A DNA stretch of 64,000 nucleotides from Octopus vulgaris (GCA_951406725.2 OX597832.1:64666001-64730000); one strand, 5' to 3'; counted from the stretch's first letter, positions 1 through 13,022 are shown. Notes: generated from the sequence alone by a model not told the origin. Numbers and translations: made by a program.

Positions 1-257
1 TTCAAACATTCAGTAAGTATGGATATGGTCTGAGACAAATATAGCCTGCAAAAAATAGAAGTTTTTTTTTCTTCTCACATTTGGAAAAAAAGGCAGATTA
101 AAAAATGTTTAACACAAAAGAAGTAACCACAAAGAAATTAGAAATCGATAATTACTCACCAAATTACATTAACTGCAATTAATTACGTATATATAATTAC
201 TATATACAATATATCGGATTGCGTGTGTGAATACGTATGTATGACTACGTATAAGAA

Positions 258-301
<44 letters not shown>

Positions 302-779
302 GAACTTAATTCCTACAGTATATTATTTTCCGCAAGTATTACGCAATATATGCGCTGTGTGTGTGTATTTCTTTGCACGTGTCTAAGTATCACTCCAGGT
401 TTCAATATACACGCTTGTGAGAAGCTGCGTCACTTTCTGTAGATTTCGCTTTTTTGTAGTCCTTTAAAAATTTGATAGATGTATAGAGAATTAAAATATG
501 CATATATTATCCCTCACCTGTGTTGCTGTTGAAGGATTTCACGTGAATGAGAGAGGTGTAATGTTTTATTTAATCTATCGCATTTCCTTTTTAAATCATA
601 AGCGCTTTCCCCATCTTTATACATTCTTTATGCCACTAGAAGCCCGCTCCCAAATATCTGCATATTTGCATGTCTTAAAGGGGCTGTAATCTAGTAGGTG
701 GAAGGGATTAACAAAAGCAAAAAAAAAAAAGACCCCAGCTGATAAAGCTTTTAAAAAGTTACTTTACGACACCCACACG

Positions 780-836
<57 letters not shown>

Positions 837-883
837 ATATTTTAGTGTTCTACAATTCAACTGGCTCTGTTTGGTATACAACG

Positions 884-968
<85 letters not shown>

Positions 969-1074
969 AAAATAATATAAAAGTAATATATAAATAAATA
1001 CATAAAATAACCGAACAGAGTATAAAAGAAGGGGACTTAAATCATTGAGACGCCGATTATTTACGACAAATAAT

Positions 1075-1108
<34 letters not shown>

Positions 1109-1598
1109 GAGGGTGCATGTGTGTGTGATTGTATGTATGCATCTGTATAATGAGCGCGAATAATGTGGGCGTGTTACTGACAGCTTTATATAGATACACA
1201 TACACACAGACACTCATATACATATATACATATATATATTTACATACACTCACAGACATTCATATAAATGCGCGCGCGCGCGTGTTTGTGTGTGTTTAAA
1301 TATATATTCTACTAATATAAAATATTTCCGAGGGTGTAGAGACAGAAACTACAATGCTACTCAGTAAAGGGCGATAGACGATGTGTGTTAGTGATGTTGT
1401 CAGTCTTAAAATCACTGGTTGTCTTTGTTGGTAATCTTTGTTTTTGTGGGATAGGTTGTATATAGTTTATGGTGTTAAAGATTGATACAATAGGCTTAGT
1501 AATGTCATTTGAAATAAAAATGTGCACGACGAACCTTAGCAGCTGCTTAATCCTTTCGTCTTAATCCTCCCCTTAATGCGGCCAACGGCAGTGCGACT

Positions 1599-1629
<31 letters not shown>

Positions 1630-1795
1630 TATATATATAAAGTGTACTTCGTTCGTTCTAGAATTATTGGTTGATCCCATTCAACTTGATGTTGTAAGGT
1701 TGTCGACATCAATTCACATAATTTCTGATTATATATATATATATGTGTGTGAGTATATATGTGTGTGTACACGCTCGCACAAACATATACAAGTG

Positions 1796-1911
<116 letters not shown>

Positions 1912-2271
1912 ATTTATCTATCTATCTGACCTACAGGAATTAAATCAAGTTGGTGAATGACTTGTATATGAACAATATAGATTGCTATGGGTATATAAAA
2001 TAACATGATAAATTCTCAATTTACAAAAATTATCCTCAGAATCATATAAGTTCAAGAAGCAAGGATTTCTTCAAAGTTGAAAGCCATCAAGTAAAAGGGC
2101 AGCATTAATGTGTTGAGATAATAGGACAATGAAAACACGTTCTCACTTCAATAGGCGTCGTCAACTTGACAGTTTTGCTAATCTGTCTCCAGCATCCAAG
2201 GAAGACATATAGACATGAAAGAGTATGAACAATTATCGCCTAAGTTATACACACACACGCGCACATACACG

Positions 2272-2322
<51 letters not shown>

Positions 2323-2700
2323 ATAGAGAGACAGAGGAAGGGAGTGAAAGTGAGTAAGAGACAGAGAAAGTGAGTGAGAGAGAGAGAGTGAGAGATCACT
2401 ATAATGGTGGAAAATGGGAGAATGGCATAACAAGATGCATCCTATTTTTACTGGGGTACCATAATAACACATGGTATTATAATACGATTATAGTTATCAA
2501 AATTGTTATTCCCAGCAGGTCGTCAGTTATTGATATCAAAATTATTGATTATGAAAACCTCCTTATTCTCATCAACCGGCCGTTGTTATCTAGAAGGCCT
2601 TGTTCCAAAGCGATTAAAATAGGCGGTTTTCTCTCTAAGTACATCTACCCCATAACACACAAACACCAATAAACACTTTTTGTGTGTTTGTGTGTGTGTG

Positions 2701-2762
<62 letters not shown>

Positions 2763-3170
2763 CCAGCTATACGCAGGTAGCAAAACTGCGTGGCTACGTC
2801 TTCTCTATTTTCCGAAATGTTAAGCCGTTGATTTTATTGACGTTATCAAACCTAAGTATTCTTGATTTTAAATGCAGCTTGGGGGAGTTTGCGTCTTCAA
2901 ATTATAAAATTAATCTCAGTTAATTGAAGTTCTCTGGCACACATAATTAAGGAACACCGCAATGTATTAGATGCCATACGCAAGACATTTTTCATTGTAA
3001 TTAACCTCTTACTGGGAAAAAACAATATATATTCCTACCGGCAATGTTTGGTGACTCTGAGCGGAAAGGGGAGATAATTTCAAGTAATTCAGATCTAATT
3101 ATTTAGAATTATTTTATATACCTAGGGAAACACAATCTGATCTATATTTCACGTCAAGGAAGTATGTCTT

Positions 3171-3209
<39 letters not shown>

Positions 3210-3228
3210 TGTATCTATATACACACAT

Positions 3229-3291
<63 letters not shown>

Positions 3292-3351
3292 CATATATAT
3301 ATATACACATACATATATATATACGTATATACATATATATATATATACATA

Positions 3352-3429
<78 letters not shown>

Positions 3430-3606
3430 TATACACATATATACATACATACATATACATGTTTCTGAGAGAGTCATTTATCTATCTGTCAGTAGTGAGG
3501 GTATACTTGGCTATCACATGAGCGGTAACTTTTAGTAACAATTTGTGAAATCTTTTCGGCTTGTATTTATGTGTGTGTGTATGTGTTATATATGTATGTA
3601 TGTATG

Positions 3607-3646
<40 letters not shown>

Positions 3647-3832
3647 TGTATGTATGTATGCATGAATATATGTGTGTATGTAGATATATATAAATACATG
3701 TATGTATCTGTATGTATACATACATGTATATATATATATATTTATATATTAATATATATACATATATATATATATCTTGCAAACAACTTGCACATGCAAG
3801 TGCTACCAGTTAAAAGCTCCGTATATCGGAAG

Positions 3833-3944
3833 CTAGCAAGTGTATGGGGTCATCAGGAGAGAATGCGCGCCGTTTCGGGGCCTACCTCTCGACGGCATCA
3901 ATGCGCACCGGCCCCCCTCACTGATATGAGGCCCCGCTTGCTAG
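3833..3944 (-). ncRNA. Structured 3' UTR RNA with hammerhead core boxes in non-canonical order (candidate ribozyme)
   Basis: Minus strand reads GCCGUC-GAGAG...GGCCCC-GAAAC-GGC...CUCUC-CUGAUGA, closed by CUAGCAAG/CUUGCUAG. Confidence 0.45.
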
Positions 3945-3964
3945 ATCAGCTGGTTATGATGAAC

Positions 3965-5170
3965 TCAATATACTTCTAGCCATCGCTCATCGTCTCTTTT
4001 TAACCAAATCCAGTGGCTAGCCTTCTCCACTGTAGATTGGATATCAGTCATGGTGGTATTGACTTTACGATGAGTTAGGCCTAACGATAACAACAGTCGT
4101 CTCACGCTGTGCCCTACAAACCCTCTACATCCGACTTCGATAGGAAAATGTTCCGCTTTCCAGCCTGCGTCTTCATATTCCTCGAGGAGGTTTTCATAAC
4201 GGTTTAATTTTCGAGCTCGAGCGGCGTCCATATTATCTTCGTGAGGAACCGTTAGCTCGACTATATTTAAAACTTTCTTTCTTTCACACCACATCAAAAT
4301 ATCTGGTTTTTTCGAAACTGGGATGGGAAAGAAAACCTGGCACCCAGGCAAATCTGCAGTTACCTCCCAATAGTCGTTCCACTTTTCATTTTTCTCAGGA
4401 AGTTTCTTGGTCTTCTTCTTGAAACGGATCTGCTGACCTGGTCGCACGAAGGTAATGAACTCTCTTGATGGTACTTTTAACGATTTTTCCTCAGTGTTGT
4501 TGAGATGAATTTGATTCTTTATAGCATTGAAGATAACCTTAAGGACCAAGTTGTGCCTCCATGTGTACCTGTTCAATGCTAACGAACAGTTGGAAAGAAT
4601 ATGTTTTAGTGTACCGACTTTTCCACATTTGCAGACGTCATTCTCTAAGACGTTCCATCTTACTAGATTCGTAGGTGATGGCAAAACATCATAAGATGAA
4701 CGAATCAGGAAACTCAGCCGAGATGTTGTCCACTTCCACATCTCATCCCAACTTATCTTCCTCTCAACAACATGTTCTTCCCATCTCGTCATCTGACCTT
4801 GATGAACACATCGGATCAAATGAAGCTCTCTTCTCTCTGCTTCTCTTGTTTTGACGCTGTTGCTAACAACAGATCTGCGTTCACACGGCATCATGCTTGC
4901 AAACGGTCTGAACTGATCCGCGCCAAAACCAAATCCTTTCCGATGGTTCTGCGTTGCTCCCACCATATCTCTGTGTGTAAGAGAAGACAAGATGTTGTCA
5001 GTTTCTGCTTCTGCTTTCCACTTCCTGGCTGTTTTCACCTCTGGTGGGTTACGCCTGATTTCCATATCCTTCGATTCTCTCAGCATCATGACCGTCCGTA
5101 TCTTCCCCAACTTATATATTTCGACTATTGATGCTATTGGTAACTGCAACGAACCTCTTTTACGATAAAG
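3965..5170 (-). CDS. C-terminal part of RLE retrotransposon protein (post-RT region, CCHC zinc knuckle, PD-(D/E)xK nuclease); no real start codon
   Basis: Uninterrupted frame [11 protein letters not shown]...ARKWKA, then CKC-x7-H-x4-C ([16 protein letters not shown]), [40 protein letters not shown]. These motifs are typical of HERO-clade proteins. Confidence 0.88.
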   Translation of the reverse strand, partial: LYRKRGSLQLPIASIVEIYKLGKIRTVMMLRESKDMEIRRNPPEVKTARKWKAEAETDNILSSLTHRDMVGATQNHRKGFGFGADQFRPFASMMPCERRSVVSNSVKTREAERRELHLIRCVHQGQMTRWEEHVVERKISWDEMWKWTTSRLSFLIRSSYDVLPSPTNLVRWNVLENDVCKCGKVGTLKHILSNCSLALNRYTWRHNLVLKVIFNAIKNQIHLNNTEEKSLKVPSREFITFVRPGQQIRFKKKTKKLPEKNEKWNDYWEVTADLPGCQVFFPIPVSKKPDILMWCERKKVLNIVELTVPHEDNMDAARARKLNRYENLLEEYEDAGWKAEHFPIEVGCRGFVGHSVRRLLLSLGLTHRKVNTTMTDIQSTVEKASHWIWLKRDDERWLEVY

Positions 5171-5192
5171 ATAAAGATAAATTTATATATTA

Positions 5193-5236
<44 letters not shown>

Positions 5237-5842
5237 GCATGTATGTATATGTATGTATACAAACATGTATATATATATGTATATATGAATATATATATAC
5301 ATGTATGTATACATACGTACATATACATACATGTATTTATATATATCTACATACACATCTATATTCATGCATACATATATATATATATATATATATCAAA
5401 CTAAAGTTATTGAACGAATATGCAAGGTCATCCGCATAGCATTTCATAATTCCAACATTTAATCATAGAATATACATATAAACATCCCGCAAGATGGAAC
5501 ATAATTCATCTGTACAAGCATATAAGCATATAATAATAAGGTGCAAGAAAAAAGTTCATCCCAGTTTAGAGTTAATACTTTAGCGATTCAGAAAAGTACA
5601 TTTTTTTAAAAAGCATTACAACACCTAGAAAGTAAAAATATAATATAATATAATATAAAGTAATATATAAAAATATATAGGTATATAAAAATATATAATA
5701 TATATATATATATATAGGAAGTATATAAAAAATATATAATATATATCATGTAAATAAAATAAAAGTTCATCGTTTAGAAATCTTATAAAATTATTATTCA
5801 AGTAAGAGAAGCCTTATAGTTAAAAAGGAAACCATATTTACT

Positions 5843-5928
5843 TATCCCTATGGCCATTTCAGGGGTGTATTATTATGATTAAAGCACTAGGGTGCATCAA
5901 GATAATACCTCCTTCGTCAGGGGAAAAA
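5843..5928 (-). ncRNA. Minimal type I hammerhead ribozyme motif (Penelope-like element type)
   Basis: UCCC-CUGACGA-AGGAGGUAUUAU...AUAAUACACCCCU-GAAA-U-GGCC-AUA-GGGA: intact core, stem I UCCC/GGGA, long stem II, palindromic GGCC loop III. Confidence 0.75.
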
Positions 5929-8584
5929 ATACATAAAGACAGACATCATCGCGTACCAGGGTTGCACAATGTTGTGTGCTTTCCTATTGAAGCATTCATG
6001 CTCGGATAAACCCCAAAGGAAGAATTAAAGCAGTAAAATTTTTTTTTCTTTTAAAGCAGTAGAGAAATAAGGCAGTAAAAAAAAATGGGTGTATTAAATT
6101 AAATTAAGTTTAATTGAATTAAATTGTATTAAATTGAATTAAATTGAGCCTCCGTGGTTTCAAATCCTGTAAAAGCCAAATTCTTTTATTTTCCACAACT
6201 TATTTTATTCCTATAGACTCAAAAAGACTGGGTGTATTAAATTAAATTAAGTTCAATTAAATTAAACTGAATTAAATTGAATTAAATTTTTTTCTCGCAC
6301 CTTATTATTATATGCTTATATGCTTGTACAGACGAATTATGTTCCATCTTGCGGGATGTTTATATGTATATTCTATGATTAAATGTTCGAATTATGAAAT
6401 GCTATGCGGATGACCTTGCATTTGTTTGTTCAATAACTTTAGTTTGATATATTTGTCTCTTTCAATAGAGCACTTCTATAGCAGTCCTATTAATCTTTTT
6501 GTTCCTGACAAGAAACAATCACTGTATTATTGATATATAAATATATATATATATATACACATATATACATATACATACATATATAACACATACACACACA
6601 CATATATAAAAGCCGAAAAGATTTCACAGACTGTTAAATCAAAGATTTCACAAAGTTACCGCTCATGTGATAGCCAAGTATACCCTCACTACTGACAGAT
6701 AGACAAATAACTTTCTCAGAAACAGTTTGTGAAGACGTTTCAGCTGTAATAAAACACAATTTTACTCTACTTTTGATATTCCAAGGACATTTCCCCCCTC
6801 TTCGTTTTGCACCTACTCACTAGCCAAATGCAGTCCGCGTGTTTTGTATTAATTTGCTGTATGAAACCAATGTGGATTACATAACGAGACGAATTAGACA
6901 GAATATCTTGCAGTATTTTATTCCATCAGTTTTCATTTCGATTTCTCGCATTCACAAAATATCAGCGGCAATATCGGTAGTTTTAATGGAATAATTACTT
7001 TCTTGTATTTGCGGTCGAGTACTATCATGTTCGTTTAAAGCTTTAGTGTTTCCAGGAGCGATACAAAAACTCTGAATTTATTAAATTAACTGGACACTCT
7101 TACGGTTAGTGTCAAGTCATGTGATTAAGACAGAAACGATTATTCTTAATGGACGCTAAAATGTGGAGAGTTGTCTGAAAAGGTTGCGAGTTAAACAAAA
7201 TATCTTTAAATATATTTCTTTCTTTATATATTGCAAATTAAATTTCACCTTTCACGATTCCAGCTTCGATGAAATAAAGGAAGGACTAGTATACGATTGA
7301 AGTCGATATAATCAACATTCTTTTTCCAAAAAATTTCCTGGACCTGTATCAATGTTAGTATTACATAAGAATTCTGAATGGTAGAAAATTGAGAACCGCC
7401 GGAAAAATTTGATAATCTTTACAATTATGAAGTCTATTTTGTACACCGAGTCAATTTAGTTTTGTCTCTATAATTTGTAGTTAAAATACCTGCAAGGTTG
7501 TCTTTAGTTTTCTGACGAAACGCCTTACATTGCTAAAATCTTAACTATGCATTTACTTCTGTTTCAATCGAGTATCCCAGTTATGTCATAAAATGATATG
7601 ACCTGATAATCCCTTACATCGCTTATTACAATGTTATCAATTCCGTCTATTTTAGGGCACACAGTGGCTAGATTTATCAAATAGCAATACATGCGGTGTA
7701 AATATTTAAGCATTAACATGTTACCAGACATTTGCCTGGTTTGTTGCATTTGGGATGGAATTATAAAACTATCTAAAAGCTTCTTCGCTAACTCAACTTT
7801 AATGCTTCTTCATACGTTAGATAGATACGAAAACTGAATGTTGTTAGCATGGAATAAAAAAATAAAATGGCGTTTTGATGTTTTGAAATTTCATGTTTTT
7901 TCTCTTTGCTTTTTGTTTAGTGAAAGGCATCAGCAATATAAATTGATGATCAATGTTTAGAATCGAGAAATCAATACTTAATCACGCACACGAATTCGTC
8001 TTCAAGAATTTGAATTTATTCTGTAGCGTTCACCTTTCATGTTCATTTCTTATGTAATCCTAATACTTGAGAAATTATAATAACACTGTATGATGGAGAC
8101 ATAGTTTGATTTTATTTTTATTTATTTTATAACGTTCCATGAGCATTATCGAAGTTAATAAATTGGAAATTGCTCCAAACGAGAATAGAAAGCCGTTTCC
8201 GAACTTGATTTTGCTAAAGAAAGAGCTTGAAAATGATTTAATGTTTCAGGATTGATGTTTTAAGATAAAGAGAATCGAATGCTTATTCTGTATCCTTTTT
8301 TTATACTTTCACAAGGAAAATAATTCTTATATTTATTGGAGAAAGTAAATTGAGATGGATCTTCCTTTTGTCAACAGCATTAACCTATTAAATGACGGTA
8401 GCGAATATGCAGAAACGTTAGACCCTGGTATGAAAATGGTTTTTCGTATCCTTCCAGAAACTCTGCACTTTAAGTTCGAGTTCCGCTCGAGCCAACTTTA
8501 TTTTTCCTTTATCAGGGTCGATGAATTAAGACATATACATGGATTTATAGGTGAAGGCATGATTTTGTGATAAATATATTCACT

Positions 8585-9005
8585 TTGCGATCACGTGGTT
8601 TCGGGTCCAGTGCCAGCGAGTGGTATCTGGTGCAAGTGTCTTGTGTTATAGTCCTGGTATCGATCAAAATCTTATGAGTGAATTTGGTAGACGGAAACTA
8701 TGTGAAAGATCATCGAAGTAAGAAGTATGCTTCCCAAGCACATGGTTCTGGGTTCTGTTCTACTGCGTGAAATATTGGTCGAGTATCTTCTGCTATAGTC
8801 TCGGGCTCATTTGGTAGAAGGAATCTGTGTGAGTTTTTGTGTCTTTGTCAGTCCCCTGCAACCGATTGGCAACCGGTTCGGGGAAAAAAGACCAATAGAG
8901 TAAGTACTAGTCTTGAAAATAACTCGTGTGGTTGGTTTGTTCGAATATACCTTTCAAGATGGTGCCCCAGCATGGTAGTATTCTAATCAGCGAAGTCAAA
9001 GAGGT
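8585..9005 (+). mobile_element. Two tandem degraded tRNA-derived SINEs
   Basis: Similar to the SINE at 19859: GGTTCTGGGTTC head, CTTCTGCTATAGTCTCGGG, ATTTGGTAGACGGAAAC and GGTGCCCCAGCATGG tail. Confidence 0.7.
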
Positions 9006-9696
9006 AAAAATGTCCAGTATTGCTGTCAATTATTCTCTCTCCCCCTTTTCTTCCTCTCCTCCTTTCTCTTTTCTCTGAATGACGCCTAAAACACAATGTC
9101 GAGACGTTGTAACAGGGAATCACACTGAATAAACCTGCGACCTACTAAGGGCGCACATGTCCAATGCATACTTAGCCGCTTACTGTATTTTGCAAGTAGA
9201 ATCTCAGTCATTTAACCAAAGGAATGCTCATCGTCGAGATTGATGGAGAACCTACCACTTATATAAGTCAAACCAAACGTTTGCTAACAGGGATGAAAAT
9301 AAAGTTTCAAGACTACCTCTTAGCCTGCAGTCTTCAGGAAATTTAACGGCAATATTTCATCAGACATTCCAGTAATTATTTTTAAAATGTATCTAATTAC
9401 TTAATTACAAAATGCTTGTAAAATGGTGATAACTGTATGAGTGTCCGACAAAAAACATCGTAGTATTTGATTATCTCACTATATCTTCTTAGATCAAACC
9501 CTGCCTTGTCAGATTTTGTCCCTTACAACTTCTATTACCTTTCGTAAATCACGGAAAATCAATTGAATGTCATCGTTTTCATTCGCCAGGATCTTTCCCT
9601 CTGATTTGGCACACAAATATAATAATAAGAAAAACAAGAACAAGAACAACAAGAACAACTACAACAACAACAACAACAATAATAATAATAATAATA

Positions 9697-10295
9697 CCAG
9701 CCAATGTACGCCACTAACCTAGAAGGAATATAAAGAGACGCCACGACAATATAGCCAGGCTTTCCATTGGACATTTGCAACAAGTATGGACTTGACAGAG
9801 CAAAAGATTGGTATGACCGCAAACCTGAAGGCATTGTCGAAAATTGAAATGCAAAGATCCTATGGGATTTTATGATTCAGCGCGACCACGAGATAGGGAA
9901 TAGGAAGCCGGACATAGTCTTGATTGAGAAAGAAAACAAACTATGCTGGATCATAGATATAGCATGCCCAGCTGACAACAAGGTATGCGATAAGGAAGAA
10001 AGAAAAGTTGATAGATATAACAGGTTAGCCTGGGAAGTTAAGGAGTTGTGGTCGATGAAATAGGTAGCAGTAGTACCAATAGTTGTCAGAGTCCGGGGAA
10101 CATTGAGCAAAAATATCAAGAAGTACGTGGAACAAATAGGGGCTGCAATAAGGGTGGAACACTTGCAGAAAACCACACTCCGTGGAACCGCTCGAATACT
10201 CCAGAAGGTGCTCGAAAAATAAGTGGTGTTACCTTAGTTCACTGGTAGTGAACAGCTGACAGTAAATCTCCAGCGTTAGAATCTGTACAAAGGCA
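9697..10295 (+). mobile_element. 5'-truncated R4/Dong-like non-LTR retrotransposon (RLE domain, pseudogenised)
   Basis: Frame with stops: YKRRHDNIARLFHW...KYGL...WY..KPEGIVEN*NAKILWDFMIQRDHEIGNRKPDIVLIEK...IIDIACPAD...KVDRY...LW...VVPIVV...LQKTTLRGTARILQKVL, stop at 10220-10222. Flanked on both sides by (AAC)n/(AAT)n. Confidence 0.88.
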
Positions 10296-10370
10296 ACGAC
10301 GACAACAACAACAACAACAACAACAACAATAATAATAATAATAATGATGATAATAATAATAATGATGATG

Positions 10371-10436
<66 letters not shown>

Positions 10437-10451
10437 GTAATAATAGTAATA

Positions 10452-10510
<59 letters not shown>
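10296..10510. repeat. (AAC)n(AAT)n microsatellite, tail/target of the Dong-like element
   Basis: Direct reading. Confidence 0.95.
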
Positions 10511-10511
<1 letters not shown>

Positions 10512-10689
10512 TTAATAATTATGATACGTGTGTTTGTGTTGATATTGAACTTATTTGTAAAAAAATTGGAGTTGAATTCGCGCGTCCAAAGAAATTCGCT
10601 CCGCACTTATGCGTGATAGCTGAAGAAAATTCTCTAAGACATTCTCTCGAAAACCGAACAGTGAGGAATAAGTTACATAATGATGATTT

Positions 10690-10880
10690 CCAATTTTGTC
10701 ACAAGGTCAGCAATTTCGGGATTAGATTGACCCAGTACTTATTTCTGGTACTTATTTTGTCATTACCCGAAATGATGAACGGCAAAATCGACCACAGTGG
10801 AATTTGAACTCAGAAAGTAATGACAGACGAAATGCCGCGAAATATTTTAACCGGCGTGCTATCTATTCGGCCAGTTCACA
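10690..10880 (-). mobile_element. tRNA-derived SINE (second family), degraded
   Basis: GGAATTTGAACTCAGAA (B box on the minus strand) and CTGGTACTTATTTT, shared with copies at 20340, 27633, 50950 and 51287. Confidence 0.75.
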
Positions 10881-11595
10881 TCATAATAACCAAATTACAC
10901 TAAAAACAAAGAAATTACCTCAGTATGAAGGAGGGAAAGTGCTTAAACATATTTCAAAAGTGGGTTGTTAAATGGGGCCGGGATTTCACAAGTTATTTTA
11001 AAGAATTATAATGATAGAGTTCAAGGAATATAAAAACGCGAAGAGAAGTAATGAAAATATTTATATATACTGAAACCGAGGTCAAATGAGGCAAGGTCTT
11101 CAGGTACCGAGAAAAAAATTGTTCAATGCATTTTCATAAAATTTAGTCCTCAAACCTTTGAATCAATCGCACTATATTTGTCACATGATGCTTCGATATT
11201 CGCTGCCAAATCAAGAAAAGAGTGACTTTGGTCTTCATGTAATTCCATACAAACATAAATTTTGAGAATAAAGTGAAAGAGTTTCGATCAGAAAAGATAA
11301 ACGCACAGCTCGATTGAAAGAACCGTATATAATGTTTCTTGTAAAACACACACACACACACACATACACACATGCGCGCATACACACACACACACACCAC
11401 ATAACTTATATATTGAGAAAATATAAAAGGAGATAATTTGGTTGTTAGGCGTATTAAATATTTATAGTCATGAATATCATATTTTATATATATATATAAT
11501 ATACATCTAATGCATATATATATATATGTGTGTATATATATTTATGTATCAACATAATTATAAAAATATCTTTATGAGTGTGTATATATACGTAC

Positions 11596-11627
<32 letters not shown>

Positions 11628-11696
11628 GTATGTATATATATGTGTGTGTGTGTGACAGATAGAAGCATACATACATATATATATATACACACACAC

Positions 11697-11729
<33 letters not shown>

Positions 11730-11863
11730 TGTATATATATGTATATATATATATATGTATATCTATATGTATATATATATGTATATATATATATATACAT
11801 ATATATATGAACATATATGGTTGTATGAAATATATGCATATGCGAACACATACATATATATTC

Positions 11864-11894
<31 letters not shown>

Positions 11895-12425
11895 AGTGTG
11901 TGTTTATTTATAAATATATGTATACATACGTGTGTGTTTGTATATAATGTTCGTAGTTAAATGTCTAAACATATTTACGATTTAATGTTCGCCTTTAATT
12001 AGAATATAAAGAAAAAAAAAGATCCCCCAAAAAACTGTTATGTTGATCCACGAAGCTTTGTATACTTTGAAAGCGCCACATTAATTTTTAATGTAGGAAA
12101 TTTAGAAATTATAGTAACACAACATTACAGCAATCCAGAAGCAATTAAGATGTTTTATATGAACAAAAGAGAAACTATTCATATTATACGGTGGCATATT
12201 AAAGTTATTGAAGTCTTTATATATGTATGGTGGCCAATTGCATGCTTTCAACTTTTGTTTTCTATAAATTATATGTCGCTATTAATTTTACTTTGGTGAA
12301 ATAACACACATCGACACACATATGTATATTTATAAGTATAGGTTGTATATATATATATATATATATATATTTATAAGCATACACTATATACATACCTATA
12401 TACAGAGAGAGAGTGAAAGAGAGTA

Positions 12426-12467
<42 letters not shown>

Positions 12468-12953
12468 AACAGAATTATGAGTAAATATACGCGCACGCAT
12501 ATCTATTTACACATACGTACAAATGTACGTGCGTGTGTGCGTGTATATAGACACTTATGCATGACCACATACCACCATACTGACATAAATATAAGATCAT
12601 ACTAACGAGTGTGTGTGTATATATACACACACACATATATATATATATATTCACGCACGCACACACGCATTCCATATTCACACATACCCATATATGTTAG
12701 AAGGCGACTTTTTCGTTTTTATTTATCATGTGTGCGAATATACGTGTATGCGTGTTTTAGTGTAAGTATATAACTAAGTAAAACCGATGTTAGTTGTTTG
12801 CAGGAAATCGGAAAGTTTTCCCAGAGTCTTTGCGACTACTGTCACAAAATTAGGGTGAAGGTGCCTCCTTCGAAATTGATGAATCAATCTCAGTACTTTA
12901 TTTTTTTACACCTTATATTTCACCCATCGTACCTGAATTATTAGCAGGTTACA

Positions 12954-13022
<69 letters not shown>

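Larger units (their letters stand above)
3776..5180 (-). mobile_element. 5'-truncated non-LTR retrotransposon with restriction-like endonuclease (HERO-like, R2 group)
   Basis: Higher-complexity insert bounded by a direct repeat ATTTATATATTAATATATATACATATATATATATAT at 3740-3775 and 5181-5216 (TSD). It contains the C-terminal ORF and a ~190-nt structured 3' UTR. Confidence 0.9.
3461..6723. repeat. Nested inverted repeats (A 3461-3600 / A' ~6578-6723; B ~3657-3738 / B' ~5290-5373; C 5391-5553 / C' 6288-6452)
   Basis: Reverse-complement matches read directly, e.g. CTGTCAGTAGTGAGGGTATACTTGGCTATCACATGAGCGGTAAC vs GTTACCGCTCATGTGATAGCCAAGTATACCCTCACTACTGACAG, and TGCAAGGTCATCCGCATAGCATTTCATAATT vs AATTATGAAATGCTATGCGGATGACCTTGCA. 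Confidence 0.93.

Noticed and set aside
1322-1368. Minus-strand CTGAGTA...stem...GAAAT hammerhead-like pattern
   Set aside because: The core box is mutated and stems I and III do not pair.
2490-2532. Minus-strand CTGACGA-CC-TGCT-GG-GAATAAC
   Set aside because: The GAAA box is broken and there is no NUH triplet or stem I.
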